This document shows, one piece after another, positions 52,203 through 62,600 of a DNA stretch of 64,000 nt (its first letter is position 1; each line of letters begins with the position of its first letter). This DNA is from Coleofasciculus sp. B1-GNL1-01 (lineage in GTDB: Bacteria; Cyanobacteriota; Cyanobacteriia; Cyanobacteriales; Coleofasciculaceae): assembly GCA_040220235.1 (NCBI GenBank), contig JAVJTO010000031.1. One strand, written 5' to 3'. Made by a program: the position numbers and the translations under genes. The notes beneath the pieces were generated by a model, which saw only the letters and a program-made list of their open reading frames with translations, was not told the origin of the DNA and ran no database searches.

Positions 52203-52628
52203 ATGAACTTTGAAGAAATTTGGCAACAATACGACTTTACCGAAGCAGAATTGCTTTCAATGGAGTGGCAATTCCCCTATGATTATATTCTCAACCTCAA
52301 CTACTACTGGGAACTCAACTCAACCAACACTTATCCTGAAATCGCTAGCACTGACCAACCCTTAAAACTGATCTTGAAATCTTGCATTCGCCTTAACGTA
52401 CAACTGTACCCAAATCCCAATGAATTAGAACAATCTCCAGCCAACCTTGGTACCATTATTGGCTGGGGAAAAGTCACTCCTTCACCTTGGTTAGAACAAC
52501 TCTCTCTTTCCCCTAGCGACTGGCTGCATCTATTTTTTGACATCGGTGGAAATAACAAAATTGAAGCTCTTTGCCATTCGCTAGCTATCGAACAATTAGC
52601 CCAACAACCTTTAGCACTAACTTCATAA
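52203..52628 (+). CDS. acidic hypothetical protein (candidate immunity protein)
   Basis: 141-aa ORF starting 20 bp after the toxin-like ORF; DF.EA.L motif. Confidence 0.65.
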   Translation: MNFEEIWQQYDFTEAELLSMEWQFPYDYILNLNYYWELNSTNTYPEIASTDQPLKLILKSCIRLNVQLYPNPNELEQSPANLGTIIGWGKVTPSPWLEQLSLSPSDWLHLFFDIGGNNKIEALCHSLAIEQLAQQPLALTS

Positions 52629-52799
52629 GTCAAAATCTTTTGGCTTCCATCCCTGCTACAGGCGTGAAAGTGCGATCGCGTCGCGTCTTTCTCTTTCCCC
52701 AGATATACCATGTCACCAAGGATGGAAGCGATTCGACACCATTGCGCCGATCACCTGAAACACCGTAGGGGCGCACAGATGTGCGCCCTCAATACTTCT

Positions 52800-53216
52800 T
52801 TATCTCAAAGGACAGGTCATTTGCTCAGATTCTTTCTCAAGCTGACGCACTAAGTCTTGATCTCCTTTTGCCCTCGCTACGTTTAAGCGACGTTCCAAGG
52901 ACTGACAAATATTTTCCAGATGAGTAATGCTGGTTTGCTGGAAGGCTTTTTGGCGCGAATTCTTCAGAAACCAAGAACGAGTTCCAACCATCGTCATCGG
53001 TGTCTCGACTGGTCTAGACTTGACAAAACCGGGTTCACCTGTCTTATATCCAGAACCCCGCCACTTCAAATCATGGGTAGGTGGGGGTTCGGGAATATGT
53101 CTGAGATAATGAAACCGCCAATTTTGACCCCGATAGGTGCCGCCAATCTCGCCTTCGTTTACGTCTAATGTGGATGGTGTTTCATTGTAATGAACACCCC
53201 GATAACAACGTTTCAT
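52800..53216 (-). CDS. DUF4278 domain protein with PirA-like C-terminus
   Basis: YRGVHY/GTYRG/WRG repeats; HLENI..SLERRL.VARAKGDQDLVRQLE.E. Confidence 0.8.
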   Translation of the reverse strand: MKRCYRGVHYNETPSTLDVNEGEIGGTYRGQNWRFHYLRHIPEPPPTHDLKWRGSGYKTGEPGFVKSRPVETPMTMVGTRSWFLKNSRQKAFQQTSITHLENICQSLERRLNVARAKGDQDLVRQLEKESEQMTCPLR

Positions 53217-53283
53217 CTGTCTTGTCTCCCTTAAGTCTTTTAAAAAATGATTTGAATTGAGTGATGTCTAGACTCTAAGCGTC

Positions 53284-53484
53284 TTAGCTGCGCCGATACG
53301 TGACACCTCGATAGGTCAGTTCCGTTGACCCTTGGCGTCCAACTGAGCCTGGGCGTCTCCGGTACAGCTTCGGCTTGTGAATTTTCCAAGTGTGACCCCG
53401 GTATGTGCCACCCGTCTCACCTTCGGTTACGTCTGCCATTGATGGCTCTGAATCGTAGTTGACTCCTCGATAATGAAGTTTCAT
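53284..53484 (-). CDS. DUF4278 domain protein
   Basis: MKLHYRGVNY...GTYRG...LTYRGV.Y; GGAGG RBS. Confidence 0.85.
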   Translation of the reverse strand: MKLHYRGVNYDSEPSMADVTEGETGGTYRGHTWKIHKPKLYRRRPGSVGRQGSTELTYRGVTYRRS

Positions 53485-53620
53485 GGTTTACGCCTCCGAT
53501 TGATTTCCACCACCAGCGAATCTCTGCTTGGGGGAAATGAGCTCCTTGCTCTAATTGGACTGAAAACGCATCTGACTTTGGATAGATTCCTGAATTCAGA
53601 TAGCTTTATCAAAATATTTC

Positions 53621-53636
53621 TGTATATATTTTTACA
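53621..53636. promoter_or_regulatory. NtcA-binding site
   Basis: TGTA-TATATTTT-TACA, full TGTA-N8-TACA consensus, about 137 bp upstream of the DUF4278 operon. Confidence 0.6.
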
Positions 53637-53896
53637 TTTTTGAGCCAAAAGTGTCAATTATCCAGAAATGATCACATAAAAGTGGTGATTTCCCACCAAT
53701 TCCAGTACCGAGGCGATGGGGGAGTAGGGGAAGTGGGGGGAGCGGGGGGAGCAGGGGAAGATGAGGGAGTAAACGAATGACGAATGACAAATGACAAATG
53801 ACGAATCACCATAAAATACCGCCAGTCTCCATAAAACTGGAAAACTGGCGGTGTCAATTCTCAGATATTCAGTTCAACTGAGGACAGCGATCTATC

Positions 53897-54016
53897 CTAC
53901 ATCGCAGAACCAACGCCTGCGTAGGCGCCATAGAAGAAAAGACCAACAACGACTAGAACACCTGTTCCAGCAATTGTGGCGACAACCCACAACGGAATTT
54001 TTCCACTTCCAGACAC
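53897..54016 (-). CDS. psbJ: photosystem II protein J
   Basis: GTG start with [26 protein letters not shown]...[13 protein letters not shown], translated by hand. Confidence 0.95.
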   Translation of the reverse strand: MSGSGKIPLWVVATIAGTGVLVVVGLFFYGAYAGVGSAM

Positions 54017-54059
54017 GGCTAATACCTCCTAGTTCAAGCTAACGGATGATTGAGTTGAG

Positions 54060-54182
54060 TTAATTAAAGAAATAACTGGAAAAGAGAATGCCCAAAACAA
54101 AAACCAACAATAGACCGAGAAACAGAGAGGTCCGGTTCAGTTCAACTGGCTGGTTATTCGGATTGGGAGAACGCTCTGGCAT
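54060..54182 (-). CDS. psbL: photosystem II protein L
   Basis: [35 protein letters not shown], translated by hand. Confidence 0.97.
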   Translation of the reverse strand: MPERSPNPNNQPVELNRTSLFLGLLLVFVLGILFSSYFFN

Positions 54183-54194
54183 GGATTTTATCTC

Positions 54195-54326
54195 CTATCG
54201 TTGAACAAATTGCATGGCGGCGATCGCGCCGAGGAAAAAGACGGTGGGAACCGCCAGCGTATGAACCGCTAGCCATCTAACGGTAAAAATTGGATAGGAA
54301 ACGGGTTGATTGGGAGTATTAGTCAT
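54195..54326 (-). CDS. psbF: cytochrome b559 beta subunit
   Basis: [30 protein letters not shown], translated by hand. Confidence 0.97.
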   Translation of the reverse strand: MTNTPNQPVSYPIFTVRWLAVHTLAVPTVFFLGAIAAMQFVQR

Positions 54327-54356
54327 GATTTTTTACAGAAATCTCCAAATTTTACT

Positions 54357-54605
54357 TTACTTTTTGGTAAATTGATCGATTTGCTTTTTCGCCTCGTAGC
54401 GATCGCTCACAATCGGAACTTCCTGCTGCGGTTGCGTGAAATACTCGTTCGGACGGGGTGTGCCAAACACATCATACGCTAGACCTGTGCTGACAAATAG
54501 CCAGCCCGCAATAAACAGAGCCGGAATTGTGATGCTGTGAATGACCCAATAACGAATGCTGGTAACAATATCGCCGAATGGACGCTCACCAGTAGTTCCT
54601 GACAT
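54357..54605 (-). CDS. psbE: cytochrome b559 alpha subunit
   Basis: [10 protein letters not shown]...[14 protein letters not shown]. Confidence 0.99.
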   Translation of the reverse strand: MSGTTGERPFGDIVTSIRYWVIHSITIPALFIAGWLFVSTGLAYDVFGTPRPNEYFTQPQQEVPIVSDRYEAKKQIDQFTKK

Positions 54606-54656
54606 AAATGATTCCTCCTTCCCAGTAACAGTTATAATTCACTCGACCTTACTATT

Positions 54657-54915
54657 GTGAAGTACCCCAACTTGCTTCGCTCTTATTTGGGATTTCCAAC
54701 TTAGCTAAACAAGGACGGTCTTATTCGTCTTTGGGATTTCCCGTCTCATTCGCCGATGCCACGTTGGGCACTTTCTAATTCCTAAGAGAGCAGAAAGTCC
54801 AGAACTCAATCTGGTGATGGTCTTACTCAGCGTCCACAGGCAGCCGCCCGTCTTCCACAGGCAGTTATTTTTTACTCGTACAACATAACTTGGCTTATAT
54901 TTTACCGTAGGGCGT
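54657..54915 (-). mobile_element. non-autonomous IS200/IS605-family remnant (tnpB 3' end plus right end)
   Basis: Minus strand encodes KITACGRRAAACGR* (TnpB-like C-terminus), then about 170 nt ending in a subterminal hairpin and GGGGTACTTCAC. Confidence 0.55.
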
Positions 54916-54997
54916 AACCTAACGAACCAGCGGTCATGTTCTTTCTGGCTTTACCGCCATAATCAAGCCGAGATGGCAACCACAGATTTATGAGCAA

Positions 54998-55996
54998 TCA
55001 AGCCGTTGTTTTTGCTGGGGGTTCATACTTGAGCAAAACACCTGCTTGACCAATAACAAATCCCTGTTTTGGCGTGATAAAGACAACTTTGTAAAAGTTG
55101 GATGGCACATCTTCTACTTCGCGATCTTTGAGCCAAGTTTTGCCACCGTCAAAACTACAAAGCAAATTGCCACTCCCTCCGGCAATCCACACTTCATCGG
55201 GAGTTCGGTAGGCTAAATCCAGTAATCCCCAACTGGTAGAAAATTCGGGATAAATTGGCTCCTCCCAAGCCTCTAAATCTTCGCTACCACTAAATTGCAG
55301 CATTCCTCCTCGTGCTAATCCCCAGAGACGCCCGTCTTCGGTGAATCCCATATTTTGCAGACGCTTAGAACTGCTGCGTTCATGGGGTTGCCAAGCACTT
55401 TGACCCGGTTCCCAAGTGGAGTAAAAGTTCCCCCTAGCTGAAACTGCGACATATTTGCCATCATTGGAACGGGAAATATTACGCAGGACACCCACCGCTT
55501 CTTCAACCTGGGCTTTCCAGGTTTTACCTCCATCCTGGGTTTGGTAAATTGCGCCAATTGTGGTTGTCATCTCCGCTGATTTGGGACCCAGTGCCAAAAT
55601 CGTGTTGGGGTCTCCGGGTAACTTCTCACTTAAGGGAATGCGTACCCAAGACTCACCCCCATCAGTGGTATGCAGCATAATTGAAGGCTCACCCACAATC
55701 CAACCTTCCTCATCCGCAAAACTCACGGATGTGAAACGATATTTATTCTCATCCCCAACATCAAGGACTTTCTCCTGCCAGGTTTCGCCACCATCGGTGG
55801 TTTCCAGGAGTGTGGAATTGCTGCCAACAAGCCATCCATGACTTGGGTTATCGGTAAACCCAATATCCCGTAGCGTTTCTTGGGTGGGTAAGGCAACCAA
55901 TTCCCAAGGGTTATAGCCCAAGGGTTCGGCATACTTACAACTAACACACAAGCAGGCGATCGCGAAGACTATTAAGATTCGTTTCAAGGTTTTCAT
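54998..55996 (-). CDS. ycf48: photosystem II assembly factor Ycf48/Hcf136
   Basis: BNR repeats (T.DGG.TW), VSARGNFY; canonical position between rubA and psbE. Confidence 0.96.
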   Translation of the reverse strand: MKTLKRILIVFAIACLCVSCKYAEPLGYNPWELVALPTQETLRDIGFTDNPSHGWLVGSNSTLLETTDGGETWQEKVLDVGDENKYRFTSVSFADEEGWIVGEPSIMLHTTDGGESWVRIPLSEKLPGDPNTILALGPKSAEMTTTIGAIYQTQDGGKTWKAQVEEAVGVLRNISRSNDGKYVAVSARGNFYSTWEPGQSAWQPHERSSSKRLQNMGFTEDGRLWGLARGGMLQFSGSEDLEAWEEPIYPEFSTSWGLLDLAYRTPDEVWIAGGSGNLLCSFDGGKTWLKDREVEDVPSNFYKVVFITPKQGFVIGQAGVLLKYEPPAKTTA

Positions 55997-56071
55997 GAAA
56001 TCGCTCATTGGCAACATGCTGTCGTTTGGCGTAACTGAGACATTGGTGTATTAAGGAATTGCCTCCTCGGT

Positions 56072-56419
56072 TTAGCGCAGTCCGTATAAACTTATAAAGA
56101 AGATAACGCCTAGCAGTAAGGCTCCAAAAATCAAGACATTTTTTTGACCTGGGGTCAAACGGTTCACCCCAAAGCCATAGCTGAGGTTCTCTTGAAACCC
56201 AGAGGGGGCACCACTGGCTCCAATATCCTGAAATTGGGGCTTTTTCGCACCGCATACTGGACAACGCCAGTCGCTGGGTAGCTCTTCAAAGGGCGTCCCG
56301 GCGGCGATATTACGGTTGCTATCTCCCTTGTTTGGCTCGTAAACGTAGCCGCAAGAGCGGCATTCGTAACGACTTGGCGCTTGTTCCGCCAAAGTTTGCT
56401 CGTTAGCTGGTTCGATCAT
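56072..56419 (-). CDS. rubA: membrane-anchored rubredoxin
   Basis: CRSCGYVY...WRCPVCG, C-terminal TM helix. Confidence 0.95.
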   Translation of the reverse strand: MIEPANEQTLAEQAPSRYECRSCGYVYEPNKGDSNRNIAAGTPFEELPSDWRCPVCGAKKPQFQDIGASGAPSGFQENLSYGFGVNRLTPGQKNVLIFGALLLGVIFFISLYGLR

Positions 56420-56680
56420 CGCTGGCAAAATTAAGTTGATGCAGCAAATCTTAAAACGTATGTTAAAAAATTTATCATAATAACCGACATTACGCACCAG
56501 GGAAGATTGGGAGCTGGGGGAGATGAGGGAGCTGGGGGAGAGTGTGTAGGGGCGGGTTTTACCACTAACGTTTCGTTTTCACCCTGATATAACTAAACCC
56601 GCCCCTACCTAACCGTTCAATTATCACAAATGACGTAGCTTGCTTCTTTTCGGGAAGAGAGTAGGACAAATGACAAACCT

Positions 56681-58405
56681 TTATCTAGATCGCGCAATTC
56701 GCCAACTTAATAGAATAACTGGAATTATCCCAACAACAACGATCGCTAATGCGGGTGCAGCCGCTTCTACTAACCGCTCATCTGAGGCTAGGTTATAGAC
56801 GCGCACGGCAAGGGTGTCAAAATTAAAGGGTCGAATAATTAAAGTTGCCGACAATTCCTTCATTACGTCCACAAACAGCAACATCCCCGCCGTGAGTAAT
56901 CCCCCCCACATCATCGGTGCATGGACTTTGACTAAGGTACTCGTCGGACTGTACCCCAAGGAACGGGCAGCATCGTCTAAACTGGGCTTAATTTTACCTA
57001 AACTGGCTTCTACACTATTAAACGATACGGCAAGGAAACGCACCAAATAGGCATAAACTAAGGCTGTAATCGTGCCACTGAATAGTAAACCTGTGGATAT
57101 GCCAAATATCGCCTGCATCCCCGCATCAATGGCATTATCCAGTCTGCCAATGGGAATCAGAATTCCGACAGCAATCACTGAACCCGGTACAGCATACCCC
57201 ATCGCCGCAATCCGCGTGGCTAAATGCATCACCAGGGTTGATCGCAACCGTAATCCATACGCCATAATCAGCGCGATCGCAACACCTAAAACTGCTGTGA
57301 TCACTGCCAGAATAAAACTATGACGGGCATAGACCCAAAACTCGCCCTCTAGCGTCGTCGTGGTATTTTTTAGCGTCATCTCCAGCAGGAGTGCAGCCGG
57401 AAGTAAAAACCCCAGACTCAATGGCACAAAACACGCCAGCGCCGCGCCGATTCCGCGTATACCCTCTAACTGATAACTGGGCAGTTGGCGATAACTGGTT
57501 GTGTTTTGATAATATCGTGCCTGACGCCGTGACCATCGCTCTAACCAAATTAACGCCAAAATAAATAACAGCAGAAATGCCGCTAATTGGGCGGCGGCGA
57601 CTCGTTCCCCTAAGCCAAACCACGTCCGATAAATACCTGTGGTGAACGTTTGCACGCCAAAATACTTTACTGTGCCAAAATCATTTAGGGTTTCCATTAA
57701 GGCTAATGCTACACCCGCTGCGATCGCGGGACGGGCTAAGGGCAATGCTACCGTAAAAAAACTGCGCCACGGACCACACCCCAGACTGCGGCTAGCTTCT
57801 AACGTACAAACCGATTGCTCTAAAAAGGCTACCCGTGCCAATAAATAAACATAAGGATATAACACCAGCGTCAGCATGAGAATTGCCCCACCCAGGGAAC
57901 GAATATTCGGAAACCAGTAATCGCCATAACTCCAGCCAAACCCATCCCGTAACGCGGTTTGAATCGGTCCTGAGAAGTCCAAAAAGTCGGTGTAGGTATA
58001 GGCTAAGACATAAGCTGGTGCGGCGAGGGGTAACAATAGCGCCCATTCAAACAGGCGAGATCCGGGGAAACGGCACATTGTCACCAACCAGGCGGTTCCC
58101 ACACCGATTAAACCAACACCACAGCCGACGCCAATCATCAGCCAGAACGAATTTGCCATGTAGCGCCATAAAACCGTTTGCGCCAAATGCTGCCAAATCT
58201 CACCTGCATCTGTAAAAATATTGCTCAATACAAATAAGACAGGGGTAGCGACTAAAAGCGCGATCGCTAAAACCGCCAGTGTCCATAAATTGATGCGCTG
58301 ACGTCGTTTTTTTCTTTGAACGATATCCAGTTTGGGCAGAGTCGAGGTAGATTGAGTCGATTGGTTCATCGTAAATGCGGCATCAGGATCAGAGCGATTT
58401 GCCAA
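56681..58405 (-). CDS. futB: Fe(III) ABC transporter permease (FutB/FbpB type)
   Basis: Two EAA-loop domains; LPLAAPAYV, DFGTV.YF and KEL.ATL..RPFN motifs. Confidence 0.9.
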   Translation of the reverse strand: MANRSDPDAAFTMNQSTQSTSTLPKLDIVQRKKRRQRINLWTLAVLAIALLVATPVLFVLSNIFTDAGEIWQHLAQTVLWRYMANSFWLMIGVGCGVGLIGVGTAWLVTMCRFPGSRLFEWALLLPLAAPAYVLAYTYTDFLDFSGPIQTALRDGFGWSYGDYWFPNIRSLGGAILMLTLVLYPYVYLLARVAFLEQSVCTLEASRSLGCGPWRSFFTVALPLARPAIAAGVALALMETLNDFGTVKYFGVQTFTTGIYRTWFGLGERVAAAQLAAFLLLFILALIWLERWSRRQARYYQNTTSYRQLPSYQLEGIRGIGAALACFVPLSLGFLLPAALLLEMTLKNTTTTLEGEFWVYARHSFILAVITAVLGVAIALIMAYGLRLRSTLVMHLATRIAAMGYAVPGSVIAVGILIPIGRLDNAIDAGMQAIFGISTGLLFSGTITALVYAYLVRFLAVSFNSVEASLGKIKPSLDDAARSLGYSPTSTLVKVHAPMMWGGLLTAGMLLFVDVMKELSATLIIRPFNFDTLAVRVYNLASDERLVEAAAPALAIVVVGIIPVILLSWRIARSR

Positions 58406-58566
58406 TTACATTATGCTAAGACTACTGTATTAAGTGTTAAAGATTGTAGGGGCGGGTTTGACCACTATCTTTGGTTTGTGACCATGATTTCACTAAACCC
58501 GCCCTGACCAAATGCAATAATTCTTTGACCAATGACGAATGACATAAGACCAATGACGAATGACCA

Positions 58567-58959
58567 ATGAGCCGAAAAATTATCCGCACAACCAACGCCC
58601 CTGCACCCGTCGGACCCTATAATCAAGCGATCGCAGCCAGAGGGGAACTGATTTTTGTCGCCGGTCAAATTCCCCTTGACCCCAAAACAGGTGAAATTAT
58701 TGGCGAAAACGATATCGCCAAGCAGACGGAACAGGCGATGGCAAATGTAGCCGCGATTCTAGAAGAGGCTGGGGTTCAGATGCAAGATATTGTCAAAACC
58801 ACCGTTTTTCTTTCAGATATGAATAATTTTGCGGCGATGAATCAAGTTTATGCCCGCTATTTTGACGAAGCATCCGCCCCCGCCCGTGCTTGTGTGGAAG
58901 TTTCCCGACTTCCGAAAGATGTTTTAGTCGAAATTGAATGTATTGCAATTGTGCCTTAG
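58567..58959 (+). CDS. ridA: RidA/YjgF family enamine deaminase
   Basis: [18 protein letters not shown] and [16 protein letters not shown] motifs. Confidence 0.95.
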   Translation: MSRKIIRTTNAPAPVGPYNQAIAARGELIFVAGQIPLDPKTGEIIGENDIAKQTEQAMANVAAILEEAGVQMQDIVKTTVFLSDMNNFAAMNQVYARYFDEASAPARACVEVSRLPKDVLVEIECIAIVP

Positions 58960-59023
58960 ATCTTGCCAAAATGTGGCATTCCAGGACATTGTAGTAATCG
59001 TATCAGTAATTATCCGACACGGC

Positions 59024-59486
59024 GTACCTTGAGAAAAGGGCGAGTCGATATAGGTTAATTCTCATACCACCTACGATATGCAGCGACTCGCCCCTACAAC
59101 TGCGATCATCCCAATAATCCTAATAATTCCGATTGCCCCGTTTGTACGTTCAAAAGCGTTAATCAGGATTTATATGATATCACCTCCATCAAAACAATTG
59201 TAGGAGTGACCCGCCGCCTTAAATTTACACCACCCAACCCTTAATGTTATCGGGTCGCCCTCCACCAGGAATCAGGAATTATTTAACATCGCATCCATCA
59301 AAACAATTGTAGGGGCGACCCGCCGCCTTCAATTTACACCACCCAACCCTTAATGTTATCGGGTCGCCCTCCGCCGAGTACCTTTAGAAAAGAGCGAGTC
59401 GAGATAGGTTAATTCTCACACCACCTACGATGTGCAGCGACTCGCCCCTGCAACCGCGATCATCCCAATAATCCCAATAATCCCGA
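59024..59486. repeat. composite A-B-B'-A' array of about 110-bp long-loop REP-like units
   Basis: A at 59024-59132 and 59378-59486; B at about 59161-59263 and 59270-59372. Confidence 0.85.
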
Positions 59487-59645
59487 AAATCTCGACAATC
59501 CCGATAGTTTCTGAAAAAAGCGACAGATGCAATATCTGAGTCTAAGCTAGATCTAAGGTGGATTCAATCCAACTCAGGTAATGATCAGTCTCTGGTCATT
59601 CTGCCACGTCTAGATCCAGATAAACCAGACAACGCTCTCTCATCT

Positions 59646-62600
59646 ATGAAATTCCCTTTTCATTTTATCAAAGGATTTTCCGCCCTGTTTAAGCGCGTTA
59701 ACCTCTTACTCATCGCACTGATTGGAACTGGGTATTTAGGCAACTATTTCAGTCTATCCCTATTTTTTGGGGTGGACTTTTTATTTGGCAGTATTGCCGT
59801 CTTAATGGTGGTGTATTTTTATGGCATATTCTGGGGAACTTTAGCCGCCTTCATTGCCAGCAGTTATACCTACACTCTTTGGGGACATCCCTACGCCATT
59901 CTTGTTTTTACCGGGGAAGCCCTGTTTATTAGCTTGCTGTTGCACCGTAAGACGGAAAATATGCTGCTTCTCGCTGGTATCTATTGGGTGCTGATTGGTA
60001 TGCCTCTGGTTGGGTTATTTTATGGAGGCGTTTTAAATGTTGGGGCAACTCAAACCTGGTTGATTATCTTGAAGCAATCAGTTAATAGTATCTTTAATGC
60101 CTTGGTTGCCACGCTAATTGTCACGAATTTGCCATTACAAAATTGGTTAACTATTCGACACCAATCCAACCGACTTTCGCTTCAGCAGACGGTTTTTAAT
60201 CTCTTTGTGGCTTTTGTCTTATTCCCGGTATTAATTTTAACAGTTTTTAACGGGCGGCAAATTCTCAACACTATTGAATCAGACATTCGTACTGAACTCA
60301 ACGCCACATCTGCATCCCTCGCCGCCAACCTGAATTTTTGGTATCAGCAGCATTTACATGCAGTTGAGGAAATAGCTGAGATTGCCGCTCAATCTCCAGA
60401 GCAACCCTCGGATTTTTTACAGCAAAGTACCGAATTAATTAAACGCAGTTTTGCTGATTTTATTAAGGCTTATGTCACCGATACCAATGGCACAATAATT
60501 GCCGCTCAACCCCCGTTCAATCCAGACGGGGAATCAATCATCGGCTTGAATATTGCCAAACACTCGTTATTGGAGGAAACTGCCGCTAGTTTAAAGCCAA
60601 TTCTTTCCGATGTACATATTGATGATGCGTATCCATTACCTCATGTCGGCTTAAGTGTGCCAGTCATAGTCAATAATCGTTTTCGTGGTATTGCTTATGG
60701 CTCCTTAGATTTAAGTCACATTCAGGAATTTCTAAAACTGAATATCCAAGAACGGGGATTACAAATAACATTGGTTGATCATCAAAATAACTTGATTGCC
60801 AGTACCCAGTCGAATGTGAGTATAATGGAACCCTTTGATCCGCGTCAAGGCGGTGAAATTCGTGCCATTGATGCTGATATTTTTCAGTGGTTACCCCAAG
60901 ATCCTGGCACACCAATCATGGTGCGTTGGCGAAATTCTTTTCATATCCAAGAAGTCTCACTCGATCCCGATCTTCCTTGGACGTTAATTCTTAAAATTCC
61001 GACTGCTCCTTACATTGATAACTTAGAAGTACTCTACCTGCAAAACCTGGCAACAACACTGCTGATTATGGTCTTAGCATTGCTGGTTTCTGTCCTGTTA
61101 AGCCATCGATTAGTAAAACCTTTATTCAAATTAGCACAGGTAACAACTAACTTGCCCCAAAAACTTCTGGATAACACTGTTCCTGTTGATTGGTCTCAAA
61201 GCCGAGTCCGGGAAATTCATTCCCTGGTGAGTAACTTTCAGTTGATGGCATCTGTCCTGACTCAGAAATTCCAGGAAATTAAACAGGCAAAAGAAACCTT
61301 AGAAGAACGGGTGCAAGAACGCACGCAAAAACTATCACTGATTAATGATGAACTTGCCATCGAAATCAAAGAACGTAAACGGATAGAATCCCTATTACGG
61401 GAACGAGAAGAACGCTATGAACTAGCTGTTTCGGGGACAAATGATGGAATTTGGGACTGGGATATCTTAACCAATGAGGTGTATTATTCTCCCGTCTGGA
61501 TGCGGATTCTTGGCTATGAGGAGAATCCCTTGCCCAACCGTCTATCAAGCTGGTCTGATCATGTTTACCCGGATGATTTACATCAGGTAATCGAGGATAT
61601 TAATCATCATTTAGCTGGGGAAACCAAGATTTATGAAAATATCCATCGCATCAAACATCGAGATGGGCATTATCTGTGGATTGCAGCGAAGGGGCGCTGT
61701 ATTCGCGATCGCGACGGCAATCCCTACCGTCTTGTTGGCACTATTACTGATATTACGGAGAAAAAAATCGCCCAAGAACAACTTAAAGTGGCTAAAGAAG
61801 AAGCAGAAACAGCCAACCGTACCAAGAGTGATTTTCTAGCCATGATGAGTCACGAAATCCGCACGCCGATGAATGCGGTAATTGGTATGACTAGCCTACT
61901 ACTGGATACGAAATTAACTGCCCAGCAGGGAGACTTTGTGGATGTCATCCGCAATAGTAGCGATGCGTTACTGACGATTATTAATGATATTCTGGATTTT
62001 TCTAAGATTGAGTCAGGCAATCTGACCTTAGAGGAACATCCGTTTAATTTACGTTCCTGTATTGAGGAATCGTTAGATCTGCTATCGTCTAAGGCAAGAG
62101 AGAAAGGAATTGAGTTAGCCTACTTAATGGACGCTCAAACACCTGAGATGATTAGGGGAGATGTGACCCGATTGCGCCAAATTTTAGTGAATTTAGGCAG
62201 TAATGCGGTTAAGTTTACCGAAACCGGAGAGGTGGTGATTTCAGTAACCTCTACAGCCGAAATGCCGGATGATCAAATCGGTTTACAATTTGCGGTGCGT
62301 GACACAGGAATTGGCATTTCCCCAACCCAAATGGATCGGCTATTTAAACCCTTTAGCCAAGTCGATGCGTCAACCACTCGTCAATATGGCGGTACAGGAT
62401 TAGGATTAGCAATTAGCCAGCGACTGAGTGAACTAATGGGAGGCAGAATGTGGGTGGAAAGTCAAGAGGGTGTGGGTTCGACGTTTTATTTCACCGCGAT
62501 CGCGACTCCAGTTTCCTCAGATTCAGAACCCGATAATCGAGAGCAAGTATTGACGGATAAACGCCTGTTGATTGTCGAAGATAATCCGGCGACTCGGCAA

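Noticed and set aside
53485..53600. Glutamine (glnA) riboswitch expected upstream of DUF4278 genes
   Set aside because: I could not find the CGTT...GGAAGTA...GAAGGAACG core by eye; a covariance-model search would be needed
59024..59486. Possible CRISPR array
   Set aside because: Units are about 110 bp with only two copies each, no unique spacers between short identical repeats, and no cas genes in the window
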